From Octopus bimaculoides (lineage: Eukaryota): a DNA stretch of 54,925 bases. The stretch is from NCBI RefSeq assembly GCF_001194135.2, contig NC_068984.1:7095623-7150547 (forward strand), given 5' to 3'. The notes beneath the pieces are model-generated. The model was not told where the DNA came from, ran no database searches, and worked only from the letters and a program-made list of their open reading frames with translations. The position numbers were made by a program, and so were the translations under genes. Below are positions 24,806 to 37,962 of the stretch, in pieces; the stretch's first letter is position 1, and each line of letters opens with the position of its first letter.

Positions 24806-25938
24806 CAGAAGATGGATTTGGTTTTAATCTTTATTTCGGACAACGGTCTTTTCGACCCATTTTGCTACTCTCCCTTATGGATGGGACTCCATTCATTGTG
24901 TTGTGCTGCATCCATTTTGCAGTCTGGCTCTCATCAGGCACATCTATACATGAAGTTGTGTCTCGCTAAAAACCCTGAGTTTTGACTGTCATGTTGTTAT
25001 ATCCCCGTCTGTGGATGACATTAGGTAGTCCATACAGTGCCAGTGGTCTATTAAACACTTCAACACACTAATCGATATATACTTTTTAGTTCAAAATATT
25101 AAATATACATCGTTGCTATTATACAAAAGTGTCGTAAGTCCAAAACGTTGCTTTTTCAGAAAATGTGGAAAAAATAGGTTCACTATTCCATAGCAAAACC
25201 GTTGAACAACGCTTTGACAATTTTTGATATCTTGGCATCTGAAGCAGCTGGAGATACGATAGTTTGACCAAAAGATCTCACTATTGAAAGCAAAATATTA
25301 AAGGAAAAAACGCATTTGGTCAAATTGAGACATACGACAGTTTAACATAATAGGAACGACATATATATAAATGTATATATATATATATNNNNNNNNNNNN
25401 NNNNNNNNNNNNNNNNNNNNNNNNNNNNNNNNNNNNNNNNNNNNNNNNNNNNNNNNNNNNNNNNNNNNNNNNNNNNNNNNNNNNNNNNNNNNNNNNNNNN
25501 NNNNNNNNNNNNNNNNNNNNNNNNNNNNNNNNNNNNNNNNNNNNNNNNNNNNNNNNNNNNNNNNNNNNNNNNNNNNNNNNNNNNNNNNNNNNNNNNNNNN
25601 NNNNNNNNNNNNNNNNNNNNNNNNNNNNNNNNNNNNNNNNNNNNNTTATCAAAAGTCTTTGAGAATAATAAAAAATGTTAAAAAACAGTCTGAGTATTAA
25701 AATGCATATATACATTCTTTGATGATAAAATATATTTAAAGTATAAAGCTTTGTATGAACTTTGTAGTGTTACATACTGATTGTCACACATTCTCTGATA
25801 TTAAGGTGAAATTGTTAAAAACAGTGTTAAAAACAGTGTATGAAAATACACATATGGAAAAATACATATACATATTCTTATACATATTCTTTGACAATCG
25901 AATAAAATTGAGAAGGAACTAACCTGGCCTTTTTCTCT

Positions 25939-25970
<32 letters not shown>

Positions 25971-26629
25971 AACACACACACATACACACACATATATGCA
26001 TTTATGCTGTCCGTATGTAGTTATATATATGCATACATGCATGCATGTATATGCCTGTATACGCACATATATGGGCATATACACACGCATATATGTGCAT
26101 ACACACATACAGACATACACATAATCATGCTCAAACATACAGACCTGTATATATATAATGCACGTGTATATAAATACGCATCACTAAGGAGAGAGAGAAA
26201 GATAGATAGTTATATGTCGTCATAAAATATGCTTGAGAAAATCATGCTATCGCCGACCTTTTTATACCAATTCCATAGATATTACTTCATATTCCCTCTT
26301 TTACTAATCTATTGAATTATTTCTGCATAAATGGTTTAGAGATGGATGCATCATCGTCTTCCTAGTAGTTCCCGCCAAGACTACAACATCGACACCATTT
26401 TACAACTAACTAAATTAGATTTCATATAGTAAATATTTTTATGATAGCAACCATGTTGCCATAACAACACTGTTGTCATAGTGATGATATTTTTCTGGTT
26501 TGTTAAGAAAAAAGTAGTAAAGAAATAATTTATGTTTGATTGTTCTGTGCTTTTTTTTTTCCTTAATGTAAACTACTTAAAGTCTGTGCAATTAACAGAC
26601 ATTTTGAAAAATATGTATATAAATTTCTA

Positions 26630-26848
26630 AACATTAATTTTAAAATTTTAGCACGAAGCCAGCAAGTGCGGGTGTTGGCTAAGTCAATCAGATCAACCCC
26701 ATTGCTCAACTAGTACTTATTTTATTGACCCCGAAAGGATGAAAAGAAGTGACAACCTTGGCGGAATTTGAACTCGGAACGTAAAGACGGACGAAATGCC
26801 GCTAAGCATTTATCCACGCCTGCAAACGATTCCCCCAAATCACTGCCT
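26630..26848 (-). mobile_element. SINE family A
   Basis: ATTGACCCCGAAAGGATGAAA...GCGGAATTTGAACTCGGAACG...CCGCTAAGCATTT. Confidence 0.85.
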
Positions 26849-27199
26849 TTTGTAAACTTGTGTATATTGCAAAGTCTTTTGTTTCTTGTAAATTGTTTCA
26901 ATCATACGTTTTCGTGATTTGTTTCTTTGACTGTCGTAATATTCTCTGGACGCCTTATAAATATGTCTTTGACAACATGAGGTAATCATAGCTATGTTGA
27001 TCTCAAGTTAATTAGTATCTTTCATTTTTCATTGTTTCAGTCATTGGATCAGCGTGTGATCCCGCTGCGGCACCGCCCTAAAGGGTTTAGTTAAACAAAC
27101 CAAGCCGAGTACATTTTTAAAAACCTACACTGTTTGTCAAGCCGTGATGTGGAGGGTAACACACACTCAGACACACACACACACATGCATGTATGCTCT

Positions 27200-28135
27200 T
27201 TTCTGTTTTTAATTGAATTCTTCCTCTGAGGAAAGAGCTGGTTTCCAGCAAAGATACTGTTATGTCTCAAGCTACTGCTATCTAGAACCTTCGGATGATC
27301 TCTACGCAACCGCTACACGACTGCTACTCAACAGTTACTCAATTCCTCTACCACGGCTAGACTACCTCTATTTATATGTCTTGGGAGATCCTACTTCTTC
27401 GCTTGGGGCGTCGACACAACAGATACATAGCTCTATTATTGGGATCTCGATAACACAAACAATGACATATTTTGAGCCCGAGAAAAATCTTTCAAATTTT
27501 TATTGTTCTGCTTACAGATTGTATTTGTAATGTTTGAGTTTGTTTCTTTTTTTTTATTTTATTTTCCTGAAAAACCCTAGCTTATTCAGACAGTCAGTTA
27601 GGTACTTACTCACAGCCTCAAATGCAACAATTTTTACTGGGATAAATGTGAATTTATAATCTGAATATAGAAGCTGGAGGTTTCCAAACAGTTGTCCGTA
27701 ATTATCCTCTTTCTCATTGATTTTCAAAGAGATATTCACATTAGCAGGTCAGTTAATCTCTATGACGGTACATAATTTTCTTGTCCGTCTCAAACAGCGC
27801 TATCCGATGTTTTAATGGGAATGTTCCAGCAATACTCTTTGCGTTAACCCTTGTATATATATTTAAAAACAGGCGGATTCTCTGTATTTATTCCAGGTCA
27901 GTCTGTCTTTTTTAATGGTATAGTATACTGTTTTTTTGCAACAATGATGTGTCGCAGAGGGAGGTAGCATCTTGATGACATTCGGTAGCATCTTGGAGCT
28001 GCAAGGGCTTCACTATAACTTTTGATTATTAAGCATTTTGTACCAATCTCCTGTTCTTGGATTGCAAATGCATAGCCTTCAGAGTATGATGTGATGTAGA
28101 AGTCACGAGGCGAAGAGAGACTGTACTTCATGACA
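27200..28135 (-). mobile_element. Degraded RLE-type LINE, same lineage as 28856-29705
   Basis: EGYAFAIQEQEIGTK, CYRMSSRCYLPLRHIIVAK and NISLKINEKEDNYGQLFGNLQLLYSDYKFTFIPV...LNKLGF. The terminal ~50 bp is homologous to the tail of the 28856 copy. Confidence 0.85.
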
Positions 28136-28536
28136 AAATGTCAGTAATTTAGCTTGTTACGACAAAGGTTTGTGACTGGTCAGCTGTAGTGTGTCACAGC
28201 ATTAGATGTAAAACTTATACATAATTGTTTTAGTTTATAAAACAGAATATAATCTCGAGAAAAATTCCAAATTCAAGATATTGGTGTTGCTGTTGGTGAT
28301 GGTGTCTTCATTGTTGCTCTTCTTTTTTCATGTACATCGTGTCTCTGGGACTACATTATGCGATACGACCTTCCACTTGTATGAGGGCGGGTATGCATCT
28401 CCTTCAGACAAACCGAGCGACCACACAAAAAGCCTGCTTCGGTGAATGACAAAATTTTGAGTATCACGTATACACACTCGCGCGCGCACGCGCACGCACA
28501 CACATACACACACACACGCACACACAGACACACACA

Positions 28537-28595
<59 letters not shown>

Positions 28596-28855
28596 CATCT
28601 GTAAACCTTTGTTGTGTTCGTGAAGGCACCCATGTTTTATTTATTGGATATTTTATATTTGATAAAGACGGTGTTGAAATATTGAGAGTTACTTCATAGA
28701 AGAATAAACTGCTTCGCTTTATCGTCCGATATTTCATAAATTTAATGAAATTGTAGAGAACAGCTGCAAAGAATTTGTGAAAAACAACAGCGTAAATCGC
28801 CAACTTCTTACGGATATGTTTGTGTGAGAGAGAGTGGTGCATGTAGATCATTGTC

Positions 28856-29705
28856 CAGTTTTATTTCAAGATTTCTTGCCAATCGTGAAAGACCCGGTTT
28901 CTAACCCACATCCAAAGCTCCTTCACTGGAATTTCAAAATCAACAACAGGGTATGTATGTATGTATGTATGTATGTATGTATGTACGTATGTATGTATGT
29001 ATGCAGATTTATACGTTTGCTATATGTATGTATTCTCATGTATATAGTTGCATATCTGGACATGCTCATATATACTTAAATGATAAACTTCTGGAAAGTT
29101 TTACAGGTTTTTACAGTTCCAGTGATGGCTTGGATCTGTAGTCTTCGAATTAGCTTTCTCCTGTCTAGTTTTGAAAAGCCTAATTTCTCAAGATTTGTAT
29201 TTAGGCAGTGTGTTACATATCCCAGGGCCCCAATAATTACATGTATAAACCTGAACTTATAATCTGGATAGAGAAACTACAGATTTTTCAATAGTTCAGC
29301 GTAGGTATTCTCATTTGCAACGATCTTCAGCTTTATGTTAACATTCACTGGGCAAACAATTTCCACAACTGTGAACAGTTTCTCTTCTCTATCTCAAATC
29401 ATTATGTCAGGACTGTTGTGTTTACATTTTATTGAGGTCTTCACTTAGACACTCCACCAATACTCCTTTTAATTATGAGTGGCTATGGCTTCTACCATAC
29501 TGTGGTTTCTTATTTCTTTGTCCTCAGGGTTATCTTTCCGGCAGATTTCATGTCTCATCGGTAGATTATACCGTGATTACATTTTCGGACAACTGCTTAT
29601 GATGTGGATCATATCTTCGGTGTTAATTCGACAAAGTCTGCATCGGTTGTCACATTTTACGGCTTTTCCTGCATCTCTGTCCCTTTTGTGCATCAGGTAC
29701 TTGAT
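28856..29705 (-). mobile_element. 5'-truncated RLE-type LINE (CCHC + restriction-like endonuclease + 3' UTR)
   Basis: A single frame (29705 to 29076) with a few stops reads CRLCRINTEDMIHIISSCPKM...EYWWSV...HNSPDIMI...VVEIVCPVNVNI...LYPDYKFRFIHVIIGALGYV...GTVKTCKTF. The 3' UTR contains (CATA)n and ends GAAATAAAACTG. Confidence 0.92.
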
Positions 29706-29775
29706 GTATGTATGTATGTATGTATGTACGTATGTATGTATGTATGCATGTATGTATGTATGTATGTGTTTGCTT

Positions 29776-30108
29776 CTGTTTTAATTATTTGAAGTCTTGC
29801 TATAAGAAAGGAGCTGTTTTCTAACAACGATACAAAGCTCAATCATAAGAATGTGGATAGCAAAAACCATGTCAGGTCTTGCATATTTTTACTCTGTTTC
29901 TTACAGATTGTATTTGTAATTTGCATGTGAAACGATTGAATTCTTTTTCTAAAAACTCTTGTTTTTCCAGGCATTTACAAACAAAACCAAGTGCACCAAT
30001 TATTATTTGTATAAATTTGAATTTATAATCCGGATATAAATGCGGGAGGTTTCGGAGCAGTTATCCATAGTTATCCTGTATCTCTTTGATTTTGAAAGAG
30101 TTATGTTT
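29776..30108 (-). mobile_element. Short 3' fragment of the same RLE-type LINE lineage
   Basis: KIKEIQDNYG*LLRNLPHLYPDYKFKFIQIIIGALGFVCKCL...LQIQSV, followed by the homologous 3' tail. Confidence 0.82.
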
Positions 30109-30935
30109 GTGTGTGTATGTACGTACGACTGTATGGGTTTGTCGGTGTCTAAAAACTGAGTGCGTGAATGCGTACTTAAAAGAGTGAACGTCTTGCGTTA
30201 ATATCCGAACGATAATCCACGAATCAGCAGAAAGACTATTAACAAATCAAGATTCGAAACATCCGGTATTGTGTTAGTGGCCAGTATTTTTTGTTTATAC
30301 CGGATATTCAAAGTTTGGAAAACAGTTTATCGCAAAGATTTTCGGAGAAAAACAATAAAAAAACATTTATTCATACACACATACATACATACATACATAC
30401 ATACATACATACATACATCTTTACACAGGTTTCCTTACTGTATAGACAAATATAATAATTATATCAACAAAAAAGAAGATGAAGAACAGCAGAAAAACAA
30501 AAAAGAACGATTGTAACATTCTCTTAAAGAACAACAAAACAAACCACATCATCATATTGATAAGTTTTGCTTCTGCAGATCTGTTCAAACATTCGACCGT
30601 GTTGTTTTATATGTTATACATTAACAAGGAAAGGTCGGGTGAATTAACTTAATTTTCTCACTAACTGTGAGAACAACCAGACTCGATTCTGTATCGTTCT
30701 GCTTAGGAAAGAGAATAAATCTTATAAAGAATATAAAATCTACATATTCGTCCAGAGGAGCGGAAATGATTGTTGCAGAAAGAAGCCTCTAAATGCTGAC
30801 TCAAAACGCTGCTGTGTGTATATCATACACTTAGGATAAACTTCCGTTGTTTGTGTACATATATACATACATGTGTGTATGTGTGTGTGTGTGTGTGTGC
30901 GCGTGTGCATATGTGTGTGTGCAAGTGTATGCACT

Positions 30936-31026
<91 letters not shown>

Positions 31027-31192
31027 ATACATACATACATACATATCTCCATAAACATATTTACATTTGTATATATGTACATATATTACACACACGTACG
31101 CACACACATATACTTCATATATTTATATGTGCATACAAATATGTGGATATTTCAGTTTATATCCGCATGTGTGTGTGTGTCTAACTGTGTCC

Positions 31193-31254
<62 letters not shown>

Positions 31255-31909
31255 ATGTATATATATATATATATATATGTATATGTATGCGTGCATGTAT
31301 GTGTGTACATATATATATGCAACGTACTCTGCGAGCAGTGTTGTTAATTAGTTTAACAAAATGAGGACGCCGTCCAAGCAAGTCTTATATTGAATACAAA
31401 TTGTTTGAAAAACTGGCTGTAAACATTCCTAATTGAATCTATAGACTATAAATATAAAGATAGTAAATATTCTGCAAAGATTTACCTTTGATTTTGTGCA
31501 ATAGACTGTGACGAACTGTAGCTACTCTATTGCATATGTTTCAAAAAGTTGTTTATATTCCTGATTGTATGGATCGATCCGACGGCATTTTGCAATGTCA
31601 GCCATTCCCAAGAATTAGCGAGGCGAATCAATGTTCACGCTTGTATAATCTTGCGTGCCGAAGACAACAGCTAAATTTACCATGTGCCTTAGAAATAAAC
31701 CCAGCGTATGCTGAGCTGTAGGCTGACTAGAAATGTTCCATCCTAGAACCAAACCAAATTATTATTCGGATTATCAAAGAATATTTGCTGTGACCAGCCA
31801 AATAGTTGCAGATGAAAAATAATGTCGGAATTAAATTCTTGTCACTTCGATAATTCTTTCCATAAACCAGGAATATTTTTTGGTGCGTTTTTTACTCTCT
31901 GTCTATGTA

Positions 31910-31944
<35 letters not shown>

Positions 31945-32599
31945 NNNNNNNNNNNNNNNNNNNNNNNNNNNNNNNNNNNNNNNNNNNNNNNNNNNNNNNN
32001 NNNNNNNNNNNNNNNNNNNNNNNNNNNNNNNNNNNNNNNNNNNNNNNNNNNNNNNNNNNNNNNNNNNNNNNNNNNNNNNNNNNNNNNNNNNNNNNNNNNN
32101 NNNNNNNNNNNNNNNNNNNNNNNNNNNNNNNNNNNNNNNNNNNNNNNNNNNNNNNNNNNNNNNNNNNNNNNNNNNNNNNNNNNNNNNNNNNNNNNNNNNN
32201 NNNNNNNNNNNNNNNNNNNNNNNNNNNNNNNNNNNNNNNNNNNNNNNNNNNNNNNNNNNNNNNNNNNNNNNNNNNNNNNNNNNNNNNNNNNNNNNNNNNN
32301 NNNNNNNNNNNNNNNNNNNNNNNNNNNNNNNNNNNNNNNNNNNNNNNNNNNNNNNNNNNNNNNNNNNNNNNNNNNNNNNNNNNNNNNNNNNNNNNNNNNN
32401 NNNNNNNNNNNNNNNNNNNNNNNNNNNNNNNNNNNNNNNNNNNNNNNNNNNNNNNNNNNNNNNNNNNNNNNNNNNNNNNNNNNNNNNNNNNNNNNNNNNN
32501 NNNNNNNNNNNNNNNNNNNNNNNNNNNNNNNNNNNCATATATAAATAAAGTATTATGTATTCATGTGCATATATATAAATATATATGTATATTTATGCG

Positions 32600-32674
<75 letters not shown>

Positions 32675-33039
32675 TAATAATAATAATAATAATAATTCAG
32701 TGTAAAATGTGGAATTCTGTTGAGATCACCCATATGGAATGCAACCGTATTTATTCAATAACATACATCTGCAACATACAATGGTGGTTAAAAAAAATAA
32801 ATGCTGAGCGCTCTAGACATGCCTAGTCTTCATAAACAAGATGCTGCTATTTTCATGAAGCATTTCACTTCATTTGTTATGTTAATCTGTAATATAAATT
32901 ATCTTGTATTAACTGCATTTTATTATAATTCAAATTTTAAACAATGCGACAGAAAAGAAATAATTATACTACAGTTTATGTGTTCTTTTGCTCCGTATTA
33001 TTGGTTATTTTTAAGAGAGGAGAGTAAGGGCTTATGTTA

Positions 33040-33225
33040 CGTGCTAGTAGAGTAGTTAGCACTTTGGACAAAGTGGTTAGCTTGCTTTCTTCCGACTCTA
33101 GCTCTCAGTTCAAATACGACCGAAGCCAGCTTTTCCTTTCGTCCTTTCGAGGTCAAGTACTGAAGCTGATATAGCCGATTCTCCTCGCCTCAAAGCTTCT
33201 GGCATTACGCCAAAATTAGAAAAAA
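33040..33225 (+). mobile_element. SINE family A, diverged
   Basis: Degenerate head and body (CAGTTCAAATACGACCGAAGCC...CCTTTCGAGGTC...GGCATTACGCC). Confidence 0.6.
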
Positions 33226-33554
33226 ATATTAGAGTTGGGCTGATGGAGTAACAGAATTGTTAGAGCGTTGGAAAAAATAGTTTTTGGTTTAAATTACGCT
33301 GCATTATTTTCAGAGTTCAATTCATTGCGAGACAACCGGTTTGTCTCTCATCCTCCTGGAGCCGATGAAATGAATTATGGAGGTTGATTTCAATGAAAAA
33401 TTCCTTCCAAAATTTTCAACTTTGTCTTTGTCTTTTTTTTTTTTTTTCTTGAGCCCAAGTAATCATATACCAGTTGCCTCATTTCATGGCGTATAAGTGA
33501 CCGTGATCACAACTTTCTCTTCGAACAGGATGCTGCTCTGTTGCAAGGTCCAAG

Positions 33555-33740
33555 ACCAGCAATTATGAAGGGGGGGGGGGAGTCGATTACACCGACCGCA
33601 GTACTTCACTGATTCTTTATTCTATCGACCCCCAGAAGAGAGATAAGCCAAGTTGACATCAGAGAGATTTGAACACAGAACGCCAGCAGCCGGAAGAAAT
33701 ACCGTCAAGCTTTTCGATCCACGTGCCTGCTCGCCGCCTT
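33555..33740 (-). mobile_element. SINE family A, diverged
   Basis: GTCGATTACACCGACCGCAG...TATCGACCCC...GATTTGAACACAGAACG...GCTCGCCGCCTT. Confidence 0.75.
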
Positions 33741-34123
33741 GGTATACATGCTTGGCTGGACCCAAACAATAATAGAAAACCAATTATTAGTTTTCAACCA
33801 ACTACAAATTTCCCTAATGACATTCAACAAAACTAATTAAACTGAATGGCTTCCTTAATCTTGTTGCCCTTTTTACCAACACCCTATAAATTGTCGCCTA
33901 CTCCTGCCTTTTTCCATCGTCGTTTTTCCCCTCTCCCTTCTTTGTTTTACAACATTTTTTCTCCTCACAAATTCCTTTTCTTTCAACCAGTCAAACTATT
34001 AGCTGAGATATATCTTTATATCTACCAAAACAGCACTAATATAACACACTTGCTTTGCAAACACATTACTTCGCCCACAAGATGAACCAAATATACAAGC
34101 ACACGTATACGTATAGATACATG

Positions 34124-34157
<34 letters not shown>

Positions 34158-34218
34158 NNNNNNNNNNNNNNNNNNNNNNNNNNNNNNNNNNNNNNNNNNN
34201 NNNNNNNATATGTATGTA

Positions 34219-34451
34219 TACCAAAGTAAGCACATAAATGTGAAACAAGGTGGGTAAAAATACTACTCGAATACCAGAGGTAGAGTAATATGCTTTATTA
34301 TTATTAAAGCTGCAAAAACATTCACAGAAATAACATAAAAACTGCTACTTAGAGTTTCCGTTCCCTAACCCTGTCTGACGAACGGGAACGTGAAATTCTG
34401 AGTAGCAGATTTTTTTTTGGTGTTTTTTGCAGCTTTAATAAAAATAAAGCA
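34219..34451. mobile_element. Asymmetric inverted-repeat element, copy 1 (putative Penelope inverted pseudo-LTR)
   Basis: ~70 bp unique tail, then arm 34291-34365, a short spacer, and the inverted arm to 34451. Homologous to 53441-53678 in the opposite orientation. Carries a hammerhead motif and AATAAAGCA. Confidence 0.75.
34371..34408 (+). ncRNA. Minimal type-I hammerhead ribozyme motif (candidate, core intact)
   Basis: Helix I CTGT/GCAG; core CTGACGA (34375-81); helix II ACG-GGAA-CGT with a GNRA loop; GAAA (34392-95); near-palindromic helix III ATTCTGAGT; cleavage triplet GTA (34402-04). Confidence 0.7.
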
Positions 34452-35298
34452 CACACACACACACACACATATATAGCTTACGATGTTCTATAAAAAAATG
34501 GGGAGTGATTCTTCTATTGACTTTCGGTTTTTATATATAACTACACATAAACACAAACGTTCACTCATACTTACCCTAATAGCAACGCTGCCATTTTGCT
34601 TTCCCATTCTACACAGACATGGGAGAATTGCCATAAATATTCATATACTTTTACACATATTTTTTCGGTACATACTTCAGAGGCAAGAGGGACAAATTTA
34701 TTCTAAGTGACAGTTTAGTAATCATAGGAAGATGGCGATGATTATGTATTTTGTGTAAAAGTGAAGAGAGAAAAAACACATGTCATCATGTCTAGGGTAA
34801 CATGATTTATATGAAGAGGAGGTGATTAAGGATTTGACGATGAAGAGGTGACAAATGTAATAATTTTGTCTCGTTCCCTTCTAGTGTTGTATCGTTGTTT
34901 CGATTCCCGGATTGGGCGGTATGTTGTGTTCATGAACAATATTTTTCATTTCATGTTGTCCCATTTCACTACACTATGAGTCAACCATCGATGGACGGGC
35001 ATCTCGTTTAGGAAGAGAGGGCATTGGAAACCGGGTAACAGGATCCTTGAGTCCAAGCGCCCAGTCCAGAGATTGATGATGATAATGACGGTGGCGGCAA
35101 TGATGATGATGACGACGACGACGATCATAACGATGATGATGACGATATTGATGATGATATGATAATTAAGGTGGGATAATTAGTCCTATATTATATTTCC
35201 TCGGTCACTTTTTATTAATATATGAAAAATGTCTTACTTACTTGTCTATGTATACTATTATAACACATAATTAGATATGGCAACATATACATGTAAAG

Positions 35299-35375
<77 letters not shown>

Positions 35376-35957
35376 NNNNNNNNNNNNNNNNNNNNNNNNN
35401 NNNNNNNNNNNNNNNNNNNNNNNNNNNNNNNNNNNNNNNNNNNNNNNNNNNNNNNNNNNNNNNNNNNNNNNNNNNNNNNNNNNNNNNNNNNNNNNNNNNN
35501 NNNNNNNNNNNNNNNNNNNNNNNNNNNNNNNNNNNNNNNNNNNNNNNNNNNNNNNNNNNNNNNNNNNNNNNNNNNNNNNNNNNNNNNNNNNNNNNNNNNN
35601 NNNNNNNNNNNNNNNNNNNNNNNNNNNNNNNNNNNNNNNNNNNNNNNNNNNNNNNNNNNNNNNNNNNNNNNNNNNNNNNNNNNNNNNNNNNNNNNNNNNN
35701 NNNNNNNNNNNNNNNNNNNNNNNNNNNNNNNNNNNNNNNNNNNNNNNNNNNNNNNNNNNNNNNNNNNNNNNNNNNNNNNNNNNNNNNNNNNNNNNNNNNN
35801 NNNNNNNNNNNNNNNNNNNNNNNNNNNNNNNNNNNNNNNNNNNNNNNNNNNNNNNNNNNNNNNNNNNNNNNNNNNNNNNNNNNNNNNNNNNNNNNNNNNN
35901 NNNNNNNNNNNNNNNNNNNNNTATATACATCTATATGTATACATACACACGCACACA

Positions 35958-36004
<47 letters not shown>

Positions 36005-37584
36005 TTATACATATATGTATGTATGTATGTATATATGTATGTATGTATGTATGCATGTATGTAAATATGCAAATATACTCATATTTGCATATGTCATTAT
36101 TTGGAGTAATTTCTCAACATCTCTCAGGTGGTATTTTTCGATTTATCTAATTACAGGCGGAATATTGCAAGATGCTTGCAAAGAGACACGTTTTACTATT
36201 TTCTGGCGTTTTTTAGGAACCAAAAATAAACATTTCTCTTCTTACAAGTCCACGTTGCTCCAGACATCTCGAAATGTGTACAACATTATTGACTGCAAAT
36301 AACGTCAATATATATATATATACATATATATGTATATATATATATATATATATAAATATATATATATATATTACATGGATAAAATGCGAGCAAGAGAAAT
36401 AATATTCTTAAGATTATAAACCTGGAAAATTACTTAGCAAAGTTCAGGACAACTTATTACATCTGGTAAAGTACAGAACGAGAAAATATTTACTTTAAAT
36501 ATTGCAGCTAAGGATAAAATTTCAAATAAAATATTTAGATTTAGAAAATATTAACTTTTATTAAAACTAAAAGTTCTTTAAAAATTAAAAATAACTTTAA
36601 ATATTTTTTGCACTTTAAAAAAATTCATTTTTTTAATTATTAATTAATAATTAGAAGTTTGAAAATAGGTTATAAAAAATGATAGTAGTACATAATTAGT
36701 ACTAGAATAATACAAAGATTAGTTATATATTACAGTAAAATCTACCTATAACAACAAATTCATTGTAAAAAAAGTTATTGCCAAATCTTCACATTTTTAG
36801 TCATGACCGAATACCTATTTTTTACATAATGAATTTGCCTACCTTATATGCTATGCCATAGCACACTACATAATCTCCAAGAACATACAAAGATGTATAC
36901 AGAATGAAGAAGTTGAAATACAACGCAAATTACATGTAAATATACAAAATATCTGCACGTTGTTGTGAGAGTTTCTGGTGAGACGTGTCTAATATTCTTG
37001 TTAACTATATAAGTAACAAGACATATAGCAAGAGCACCAACAGCAGTGAAGAGGAGGGTCGAAAATTAAAGAGCAAGAAATGCATAAATCAATATAAAAT
37101 AGTTGTAACATGCATACGAAGACACACACGCTCGCCAACAGTGTGCGTCAATAGGGTTGCGGTACATACGTGCTGTACTCCTAGTTACCCCCGTTTCTAA
37201 TATGCCGCGTAATTATCAACCACCATGTAGAAATGTATAAGTGTGTGCGCGTGTATGTATATATATATATATATATATGTGCTTGTGTTGGTGTTTTTGT
37301 TGGTTTGTTTACATCCTCGTAACTTAGCAGTTTGGCAGTTAACCCTATAGAACAAATACCAGACTTTTAAAAGAAAAAAAAATACACTAGCGTCGATTTT
37401 CTCGACTAAAACACTTCAAGGCGGTGCTCCAGCATGGCCGCATTCCAATGACTGAAACAAATAAAAGATAAAAAAAGAAAATATGCATGGGTTGGCAAGT
37501 GTTTCATTATACATAAATGTATTATACATCGTATCGATATTTATACACATATATAAATACATGCAAGTATATACACGCTCAAAT

Positions 37585-37910
37585 GCGTATGGCTTAGTGG
37601 TAAGGGCATTCGGCCATCGAACGTATGTTTCTGAGTTCGATAACGGGCTACGCGTTGTGCGCTTCTGCAAGATACTTTGCTTTTCACGTTGCTCCATTAC
37701 ATTCAGCTTCCAAAAATTAGTTGTACATGTATATCAAAAGACCAGCTTTGTCACATTCTGTGTCACGCTGAATCTCCCTGAGACCTACCGTAAGGACACG
37801 CGTGTCTGTGGAGTACTCAGCCACTTCAATATTAATTTCACGAGCAGACTGTTCCGTTGATCAGATCAACTGGAACACTCGTCGCCGTAAGAAACGGTTA
37901 ACGGGGTGCC
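37585..37910 (+). mobile_element. tRNA-derived SINE family C
   Basis: GCGTATGGCTTAGTGG...GAGTTCGAT...TTGTCACATTCTGTGTCACGCTGAATCTCCCTGAG...TTAATTTCACGAGCAG. Confidence 0.85.
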
Positions 37911-37962
37911 GGCTTTTAGAAGTATCAATCATTCCCTTCAGCTCAACATAAAACTTAATATA

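Noticed and set aside
24845-24945. Minus-strand CTGATGA GAGCC ... GGGTC GAAA as a hammerhead
   Set aside because: About 70 nt between the core halves, a mismatched helix II, and no helix I/III partner. More likely an unclassified retroelement 3' tail.
34575-34607. MGKQN resemblance to the neuronal calcium sensor N-terminus (MGKQNSKL)
   Set aside because: Only five residues match, the sequence then diverges, and no EF-hand exons were found.
36733-36790. TA-CAGTAAAATCTACCTATAAC as a Tigger-like TIR
   Set aside because: No matching opposite terminus was found, so no element can be delimited.
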